Of a stretch of DNA of 64,000 nucleotides, positions 57,367-64,000 are shown piece after piece. The position numbers and the translations under genes were made by a program. Within the stretch, counting starts at the first letter, position 1. Each line of letters opens with the position of its first letter. Source of the DNA: Actinomycetes bacterium (GTDB lineage Bacteria; Actinomycetota; Acidimicrobiia; Acidimicrobiales; Ilumatobacteraceae); the NCBI GenBank assembly GCA_037147055.1, contig JBAWVW010000002.1, positions 4,323-68,322 on the forward strand, given 5' to 3'. A model generated the notes under the pieces. The model ran no database searches and was not told where the DNA came from. It saw only the letters and a list, made by a program, of their open reading frames with translations.

Positions 57367-58295
57367 AAGACCAATGGAAGCGCCTCTTCAACAAGGGGGA
57401 TGAGTTAGAAGCTCTTGCGCCAAAAAAGGAGCGGACTTGGGACACGAAGGTGTCCTCGTCAGGAAAAAAACGAATTCTGATTTCTGATGATTCTGATGCC
57501 CCAAGTTCGAAGGCTTCTAGCGTCTCGCAGCGCCACAAAACGCTTGATCGCACTGGAGTCAAGCGCTTTGATTTACGTCGCCTCGCCATTGAACGCGTGG
57601 GAGGTGTGCGACGCTTGCATTGGGCGAGCATGGTTGGCATAGCCGCGGTTGTCGTCATGCTGCTCTTACTGATGCTCACGAGTCCGATTTTGTCAATTCG
57701 TCAAGTTGATGTCGAAGGAGCTGTATATACCGATCCAGTTCGTTTGGCCGAGGTGGTCGATGATTTGGATGGCTCAGCAATTTTGACTGTGGATCTTGGT
57801 GCCGCCAAGAAAAAGCTCTTGGAGATCCCATGGGTGCGTCAAGTACGGGTCTCGATGCATATGCCTTCTCGAGTCACGGTGGAGATTGTGGAGAGAGACC
57901 CTGTTGCCTTTTTTCGTGCTGTGGACGGTTTCAATCGCGTCATTGACCGTGATGGGCGCGTCCTTGATGTCATTGAGGGCGATCCCACAGATTTCACACC
58001 AATTATTGGAACTGGGCCAAACCTTTCGGCTGGAAGTTTCGTTGAACAGCCATTTTTAGGTTCAGCACAACTCATTAACGCCTTGCCTTATGACCTTCTG
58101 AAGCGTTTAAAGTCAGTTTCGGTGACTCCAACGGGGGAGGTCTCACTCTCGTTGTCAGGAGATATCGAGGTACTTTTCGGCACTCCCGATGATTTTCAAA
58201 TCAAATTAGTGGGGATAGTCAACGAAATGAAGCGCCAAGGCACGAACCGTTATTCAGTACTAGATGTCTCTAGCGGGGAACCGAGCGTTCGATGA
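57363..58295 (+). CDS. ftsQ: cell division protein FtsQ/DivIB
   Basis: About 100 aa basic cytoplasmic tail, one TM, and a POTRA-like segment ILSIRQVDVEG. Positioned before ftsZ. Confidence 0.8.
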   Translation: MKDQWKRLFNKGDELEALAPKKERTWDTKVSSSGKKRILISDDSDAPSSKASSVSQRHKTLDRTGVKRFDLRRLAIERVGGVRRLHWASMVGIAAVVVMLLLLMLTSPILSIRQVDVEGAVYTDPVRLAEVVDDLDGSAILTVDLGAAKKKLLEIPWVRQVRVSMHMPSRVTVEIVERDPVAFFRAVDGFNRVIDRDGRVLDVIEGDPTDFTPIIGTGPNLSAGSFVEQPFLGSAQLINALPYDLLKRLKSVSVTPTGEVSLSLSGDIEVLFGTPDDFQIKLVGIVNEMKRQGTNRYSVLDVSSGEPSVR

Positions 58296-58467
58296 ACCAG
58301 CACCGCGATATGGTCGGACAAGCCGTTGAGCAGGACTTCAACGTGACGCATGGGGCGAGTATCCCCCCATTGCCGATGAAGAAGTGCGAGACTGAGAACG
58401 GAATTGTTAGTAAATTGCAACTCAATGTCGGTTTAGCCGACACCTGAAAGCGGAGGAGTCTCCCGAC

Positions 58468-59580
58468 ATGGTTGGTGGACAGACAAACTATATTTGCCAG
58501 ATCAAAGTTGTTGGCGTCGGCGGCGGCGGCGTGAATGCCGTGAACCGAATGATTGAGCGCGACCTGCGTGGTGTTGAATTCATTGCAATCAACACCGATA
58601 TCCAGGCTTTGATGACTAGTGACGCCGAACTCAAACTTGATATCGGTCGTGAACTTACAAAGGGTCTCGGCGCTGGTAGTGATCCTGAGGTTGGTCGTTT
58701 GGCTGCAGAGGCGCATCGCGACGAGATTGAAGATGCTCTCAAGGGTGCTGACATGGTTTTCATTGCTGCCGGCGAAGGCGGCGGTACAGGAACTGGCGCT
58801 GCCCCAGTAGTGGCCGAGATTGCTAAGGCTGCCGGAGCGCTCACGATTGCGATTGTGACTCGACCTTTTTCTTTTGAGGGTCGAAAGCGAGCCGTGCAAG
58901 CGGATGCTGGTATTGCCAAACTGAAAGAAAAAGTTGATACCTTGATCGTGGTTCCGAACGATCGACTGCTCTCAGTAGTCGATGCTCGCGACACTGTGAT
59001 GGAAGCTTTTGCTCGTGCGGACGAAGTTTTGTACAGCGGTGTCTCTGGAATTTCTGAACTGATCACGAATCCAGGATTGATCAACACCGACTTTGCCGAT
59101 GTCAAGATGACGCTACAGAACGCGGGATCAGCACTCATGGGTATTGGCTCGGCGAGTGGCGACAGCCGTGCTCGCGATGCAGCCCTCAAGGCTTTGTCAA
59201 GCAATCTCTTGGAAGCCTCAATAGAGGGAGCGCGTGGAGTGCTTCTCAATGTCACTGGGCCTTCAAGTATGACCCTGATGGAGATGAACGAAGCCGCCGA
59301 GATTATCCACGGCATTGCTCATCAAGACGCCAACATTATTTTCGGAACCGTTATCAATGATGATATGGGTGATGAGGTGCGAGTCACAGTCATCGCCGCG
59401 GGTTTTGATCGCTGGGAAGGTGCTCCTCAAGTGCGACCAACGGGTCGCCCAGCCGGTCGCACAGTGGCGCCCGCACGAGACGCCAAACCATCGGCGCCAG
59501 TCAAGGACATCTTTAGTACTGATGGTGAACCTGACAATGATGGCGACGATGATTTTGACGTTCCTTCGTTCTTGAAGTGA
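58468..59580 (+). CDS. ftsZ: cell division GTPase FtsZ
   Basis: Tubulin signature [12 protein letters not shown]-terminal peptide [21 protein letters not shown]. Confidence 0.98.
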   Translation: MVGGQTNYICQIKVVGVGGGGVNAVNRMIERDLRGVEFIAINTDIQALMTSDAELKLDIGRELTKGLGAGSDPEVGRLAAEAHRDEIEDALKGADMVFIAAGEGGGTGTGAAPVVAEIAKAAGALTIAIVTRPFSFEGRKRAVQADAGIAKLKEKVDTLIVVPNDRLLSVVDARDTVMEAFARADEVLYSGVSGISELITNPGLINTDFADVKMTLQNAGSALMGIGSASGDSRARDAALKALSSNLLEASIEGARGVLLNVTGPSSMTLMEMNEAAEIIHGIAHQDANIIFGTVINDDMGDEVRVTVIAAGFDRWEGAPQVRPTGRPAGRTVAPARDAKPSAPVKDIFSTDGEPDNDGDDDFDVPSFLK

Positions 59581-59606
59581 AGTAACGAGTCAGTCTCATA
59601 TTCGCG

Positions 59607-60278
59607 ATGAGTGAGACTGAGCGAATTAGGGACAACTACTTAGCTGTACTTGATCGTGCGCGGCGTTGTGGCGGTGAGTCGGTCAAAGTGGTCGCTGTCA
59701 CGAAGACTTTTCCAGCCAGTGCTATTCGCGCCGTCCACGCTGCTGGGTGCTCGGCTATCGGTGAAAACTATGCCCAAGAGATGGAAGCGAAGATAGGCGG
59801 CCTTCGGGCGGATGCGAGTTTTGGCGAATCTCTTCCTGAAGTTCATTTTATTGGACGGCTACAGTCCAATAAAATTCGCCAGATCGCTCATTTGGTCTCG
59901 GTTTGGCAGTCAATTGATCGTGATTCCGTGCTTGAAGAAGTGGCCCGACGATCCCCTGGAGCGCGGATTTTGATTCAAGTGAATGCCACTGGTGAAGTTG
60001 TCAAGGGTGGATGCCAACCAGATCAGGTTGAGCATTTGCTCGGCTCGGCTGCGCAACGGGGACTGAGGGTTGAGGGGCTGATGACGGTGGGACCCACGGA
60101 TGCAAATGCGCAGCGTACCGAGGCGGTCTTTTCGCAGGTTGCTCGTTTGGCTCAGCAGTTGGGGCTTCAAGAACTTTCGATGGGGATGACCAATGACTTG
60201 GAGATCGCCATTGGCGCAGGGTCCACACTGATTCGCGTTGGTTCGGCGATCTTTGGAGACCGTCCACCCATCACCTGA
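59607..60278 (+). CDS. yggS: PLP-binding homeostasis protein YggS/YlmE
   Basis: VVAVTKTFP (PLP Lys), GENYAQE, HFIGRLQSNK. Confidence 0.9.
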   Translation: MSETERIRDNYLAVLDRARRCGGESVKVVAVTKTFPASAIRAVHAAGCSAIGENYAQEMEAKIGGLRADASFGESLPEVHFIGRLQSNKIRQIAHLVSVWQSIDRDSVLEEVARRSPGARILIQVNATGEVVKGGCQPDQVEHLLGSAAQRGLRVEGLMTVGPTDANAQRTEAVFSQVARLAQQLGLQELSMGMTNDLEIAIGAGSTLIRVGSAIFGDRPPIT

Positions 60279-60302
60279 TGACACCGACTATTGTTTATTG
60301 CG

Positions 60303-60833
60303 ATGTCAATCTTTCGGCGTGCATTAGATTATTTGGGCCTTGGTGAAGAAGGCGCTTACGACGACTATGACGATGAGGATCAGCCTGATCGCACTGGCGC
60401 AGGAGCGCGACCGATGGATCAGCGTCGCGGAGAGTTTGACGATGGATCTCGCCCAGTTGTCCGCCAGGTAACACCTCGAGATACCGATCCGGTGCCGACC
60501 CCACGTCGTCCAGTTTTTGATGATTCGTCTGGCATTTCGCGTTCGGGTCAGACTCAACGCAGTTCGTCGGTACGTACCCTTGGAGGAACAGTCCAAGGTG
60601 AGACCCATACCGTCAAAGCGATTCGATTTAATGATATTCAAGAAGTAGCCAATCGCTTTCGCGATGGAAGTCCAGTGATCTTGAATACTGAAGGTTGCGA
60701 TGATGAAGTCGCTCGCCGAATGATCGACTTCTCCAGCGGCCTGTGTTACGCGATGCATGGCAAAATTGAGAAGGTTGCGAGAGGTGTGTACCTCCTCAAG
60801 CCTGCTGCTCGTTCAACTCAGCCTGAGTACTGA
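60303..60833 (+). CDS. sepF: FtsZ-interacting cell division protein SepF
   Basis: ATG 60303 gives the amphipathic MSIFRRALDYLGL. Conserved C-domain VILNTEGCDDEVARRMIDFSSG. Confidence 0.88.
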   Translation: MSIFRRALDYLGLGEEGAYDDYDDEDQPDRTGAGARPMDQRRGEFDDGSRPVVRQVTPRDTDPVPTPRRPVFDDSSGISRSGQTQRSSSVRTLGGTVQGETHTVKAIRFNDIQEVANRFRDGSPVILNTEGCDDEVARRMIDFSSGLCYAMHGKIEKVARGVYLLKPAARSTQPEY

Positions 60834-60838
60834 TTCGC

Positions 60839-61081
60839 ATGGGTTTACTTGGTGATCTTCTACGCATATATAGCTATGTCTTGTTGTTGCGGGTGCTCAT
60901 CTCTTGGTTCCCGCCATCTTCCTCAGGTGGGGCTCTCGCAATGGTCCAAATGTGGTTATACAAACTGACCGAGCCAGTTCTTGCACCAGTTCGCCGAGCG
61001 TTACCTCCCATGGGTGGACTCGATTTATCGGCGATGTTGGTGCTCATCTTGGTGCAAGTTCTCGCCTCTTGGTTGTCGTAA
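60839..61081 (+). CDS. yggT: YggT/YlmG family membrane protein
   Basis: 80 aa with two TM helices. YSYVLLLRVLISWF. Follows sepF. Confidence 0.8.
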   Translation: MGLLGDLLRIYSYVLLLRVLISWFPPSSSGGALAMVQMWLYKLTEPVLAPVRRALPPMGGLDLSAMLVLILVQVLASWLS

Positions 61082-61130
61082 TTCCGATATCCTTTCGCAA
61101 TCGTTGCCTTGCTGATTGAGACTGACCGCC

Positions 61131-64000
61131 ATGCCTGACCGCCGTTATCCCCCCGTTGAATCGCAACCTTCGTTCCCCGCTATCGAAACAGAGATTCTTG
61201 AACGCTGGAAGAATGACGACACCTTTGCGGCCTCATTGGAGAAACACACAGCGGACTCAGGTGAGCCAAACGAATACGTTTTTTATGATGGCCCCCCATT
61301 TGCTAACGGCCTTCCGCATTACGGTCACTTGCTGACAGGATTTGTGAAGGATGCGATACCGCGTTATCGCACGATGAAGGGCCAACGTGTTGATCGACGC
61401 TTTGGATGGGATTGCCATGGCTTGCCTGCTGAAGTTGAAGCCGAGAAGCAGTTAGGAATTTCTGGTCACCCTGAGGTCGCAGCCTTTGGTATCGAAAAGT
61501 TCAATGAGTATTGCAGGACGAGTGTTCTGCGCTACACCAATGAATGGGAACGCTACGTCACCCGTCAAGCGCGGTGGGTTGACTTTGAAAACGATTACAA
61601 GACTCTTGATCTGCCGTATATGGAAAGTGTGATGTGGGCTTTCAAGACCTTGCACAATAAGGGATTGATCTATGAGGGTTACCGCGTTTTGGCTTATTGC
61701 TGGCGCTGTGAAACACCTCTCAGCAATACCGAAACGCGCATGGACGATGTTTATCGTGACCGTCAAGATCCTGCCTTGACGGTGAAGTTCGCATTAGATA
61801 GTGGCGAGAAAATTTTGGCATGGACGACGACTCCATGGACTCTCCCAGCAAACTTGGCTTTGGCCGTTCACCCGGAAGTTGTTTACGCGGTCATCGAGGT
61901 AAACGGTGAGCGATTAATTCTTGCTGAGGCCCGGCTTGATTCTTATGAACGCGAATTTGGTGAGGCGCAACGCGTCGGAACTCTGCTCGGTTCAGATTTG
62001 GTTGGTCGGACCTATCAACCGCTCTTTGATTATTTCTCTGATACTGAGTCTGCGTTTCGAATCCTCGGTGCCGATTTTGTGACAACGCAGGACGGCACAG
62101 GAGTCGTGCATCTTGCCCCTGGATTTGGTGAAGAAGATCAGAATGTTTGTCTAGAGGCGGGTATCGCCACGGTGTGCCCGATGGATAGCCACGGTTGTTA
62201 TACCTCTGAGGTCACTCCATGGGCGGGTCAGCATGTTTTTGAAGCTAACCCTGCGGTGATTAAACATCTCAAGCAAGTCGGGGTTGTTGTGCGTCATGAT
62301 AGTTACGACCACTCGTACCCTCATTGTTGGCGTTGTGCCGAGCCTTTGGTATACCGCGCCATCTCATCGTGGTTCGTTGAAGTAACTGCGGTGAAACAAC
62401 GAATGCTTGAACTCAACCAGCAGATCACATGGGTTCCTGAGCATCTCAAGGAAGGTTCCTTTGGTAAGTGGCTGGCCAACGCTCGCGACTGGTCAATTAG
62501 TCGAAATCGTTTTTGGGGTTCGCCGATTCCAGTCTGGAAGAGCGATGATCCGGAGTATCCGCGCCTTGATGTCTACGGAAGTCTGGCGGAACTAGAAAAA
62601 GATTTTGGCGTCGTTGTGACCGATCTACACCGTCCTGCGGTCGATGATTTGATACGACCGAATCCGGATGATCCGACGGGTCGTTCAATGATGCGACGTG
62701 TGCCCGAAGTACTTGATTGCTGGTTTGAAAGTGGTTCAATGCCTTTCGCCCAAGTGCATTATCCATTTGAAAATACTGAGTGGTTTGAGCAGCACTATCC
62801 AGGCGATTTCATTGTTGAGTACATCGGTCAAACTCGAGGTTGGTTTTATACCTTGCACGTTTTGGCGACAGCACTTTTTGACCGACCCGCTTTTTCCACA
62901 TGTGTCAGCCATGGAATCGTCTTAGGTGACGATGGGCAAAAGATGTCTAAGAGTCTGCGAAATTATCCCGACCCCATGGTCGTGTTTGATACCTATGGCG
63001 CAGACGCCATGCGTTGGTACTTGCTCTCATCGGCAATTCTGCGGGGTTCAGATTTTTCGGTCACAGAGGCTGGCATTCGCGAAACTGTGCGCCAAGTCTT
63101 GCTTCCGTTATGGAACTCATGGTATTTCCTCAGTTTGTACGCCAACGCCGAAGGTATTTCTGGAACTTGGAGAACAGATTCAAGCAATGTCCTCGATAGG
63201 TACATCTTGGCCAAAACCACACAGATGGTTGAACGTGCAACGAAGGACCTTGATGCCTACGACCTCTTCGCTGCCTGCTCGGGAATCCGAGAGTTTCTTG
63301 ATGTTTTGACAAATTGGTATATCCGACGTTCCCGCGATCGATTCTGGGAAGGGGACAAGGATGCCATTGATACTTTGCACACAGTTTTAGATGTGCTCTG
63401 CCGGGTCTCTGCTCCTCTATTGCCCTTGCTGTCAGAGACGGTGTACACCGGACTGACTGGAAACCAAAGTGTTCACCTGGCCGATTGGCCATCAGCAAGC
63501 GAACTTGTCAGTGATCCAGAGTTGGTATTGACAATGGACCGCGTGCGTGAGGTTTGTTCGGTCGCGCTCTCCATTCGTAAGGCGCATGCTCGGCGCGTGC
63601 GCCTACCGTTATCTGAACTCACGGTTTCTCATAGCGACGCACAACAGTTAAGCGGTTTTATTGACATCATTGCCGATGAGGTCAATGTCAAGAAGGTTTC
63701 TCTCTCGCATGAAACATCTGCTGCGGCATCTGCGGCGTTGCAAGTAAATCCAGGAGCTTTGGGTCCACGGCTGGGCGGGCGTACTCAAGATGTCATCAAG
63801 TCCGTAAAATCTGGTGATTGGAGACAAGACGGGGATCGAATTTTCGCTGGAGACATCGAACTCTTTGACGGGGAGTACTCCCTGAAGATGGCTGTCGCCA
63901 CTGGGGCAGCCAGTGCGGCGTTAGGCGATGGCTTGGGAATGGTGACCCTCAATATCGAAGTCACACCCGAACTTGCCGCCGAGGGTACATCTCGCGATCT
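61131..64000 (+). CDS. ileS: isoleucine--tRNA ligase, type 2 (3' end outside the window)
   Basis: Not in the ORF track because no stop is reached. My translation from ATG 61131 is open to the window end. It contains [14 protein letters not shown] (HIGH), [15 protein letters not shown] and KMSKS. Confidence 0.95.
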   Translation, partial: MPDRRYPPVESQPSFPAIETEILERWKNDDTFAASLEKHTADSGEPNEYVFYDGPPFANGLPHYGHLLTGFVKDAIPRYRTMKGQRVDRRFGWDCHGLPAEVEAEKQLGISGHPEVAAFGIEKFNEYCRTSVLRYTNEWERYVTRQARWVDFENDYKTLDLPYMESVMWAFKTLHNKGLIYEGYRVLAYCWRCETPLSNTETRMDDVYRDRQDPALTVKFALDSGEKILAWTTTPWTLPANLALAVHPEVVYAVIEVNGERLILAEARLDSYEREFGEAQRVGTLLGSDLVGRTYQPLFDYFSDTESAFRILGADFVTTQDGTGVVHLAPGFGEEDQNVCLEAGIATVCPMDSHGCYTSEVTPWAGQHVFEANPAVIKHLKQVGVVVRHDSYDHSYPHCWRCAEPLVYRAISSWFVEVTAVKQRMLELNQQITWVPEHLKEGSFGKWLANARDWSISRNRFWGSPIPVWKSDDPEYPRLDVYGSLAELEKDFGVVVTDLHRPAVDDLIRPNPDDPTGRSMMRRVPEVLDCWFESGSMPFAQVHYPFENTEWFEQHYPGDFIVEYIGQTRGWFYTLHVLATALFDRPAFSTCVSHGIVLGDDGQKMSKSLRNYPDPMVVFDTYGADAMRWYLLSSAILRGSDFSVTEAGIRETVRQVLLPLWNSWYFLSLYANAEGISGTWRTDSSNVLDRYILAKTTQMVERATKDLDAYDLFAACSGIREFLDVLTNWYIRRSRDRFWEGDKDAIDTLHTVLDVLCRVSAPLLPLLSETVYTGLTGNQSVHLADWPSASELVSDPELVLTMDRVREVCSVALSIRKAHARRVRLPLSELTVSHSDAQQLSGFIDIIADEVNVKKVSLSHETSAAASAALQVNPGALGPRLGGRTQDVIKSVKSGDWRQDGDRIFAGDIELFDGEYSLKMAVATGAASAALGDGLGMVTLNIEVTPELAAEGTSRD

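Noticed and set aside
58488-59315. 275-aa ORF antisense to ftsZ
   Set aside because: It lies fully inside an unmistakable ftsZ frame. Its composition is Ala/Ser/Pro/Arg-rich, typical of the mirror frame of a Gly/Ala-rich gene. There is no start context.
61082-61130. T-box leader upstream of ileS
   Set aside because: T-box regulation of ileS is known in Firmicutes and some Actinomycetota. Here only 49 nt separate yggT and ileS, which is too short for Stem I plus an antiterminator or sequestrator. I saw no T-box consensus.
1-64000. Mobile elements, prophage, defence islands or toxin-antitoxin pairs
   Set aside because: I recognised no transposase, integrase, recombinase, reverse transcriptase or Cas-like product in any frame. 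The HNH protein has no mobile context. Gene content is core throughout.

Overview
This 64-kb window is a densely packed, almost entirely core chromosomal segment from an Actinomycetota-type bacterium. I estimate roughly 50% GC from sampled lines; I did not compute it. The lineage call rests on MtrAB plus a GerMN lipoprotein, SepF without FtsA, Ppm1, a DUF3040-like protein, and synteny with Streptomyces as I recall it. Acidimicrobiia is possible but cannot be decided here.

There are two large morphogenesis blocks:
- tig-clpP-clpX-folC-ndk-mreBCD-mrdA-rodA-rne-rplU-rpmA-(inverted dgt-like)-obg-proB, with murJ convergent.
- A translationally coupled dcw cluster, mraZ-rsmH-ftsL-ftsI-murE-mraY-murD-ftsW-murG-murC-murB-ftsQ-ftsZ-yggS-sepF-yggT, then ileS (3' partial).

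Between the blocks are a MoxR/CoxE-like VWA operon, queG, sugar kinases, glpK, pfk, mtrAB, ppm1, dinB, an HNH/LplA-like pair, and an M23 peptidase with four PG-binding repeats. I found no rRNA, tRNA, CRISPR array, transposase or prophage.

I see no convincing wholly new system. The points most worth follow-up are:
- murF, pgeF and divIVA are missing at their expected syntenic positions, alongside a complete Mre elongasome.
- A MoxR-VWA-phosphatase-GMC four-gene operon.
- A 389-nt structured leader upstream of rne.
- Repeat and A-tract architecture upstream of mraZ.
- Thr-rich insertions in MreC and the M23 peptidase.
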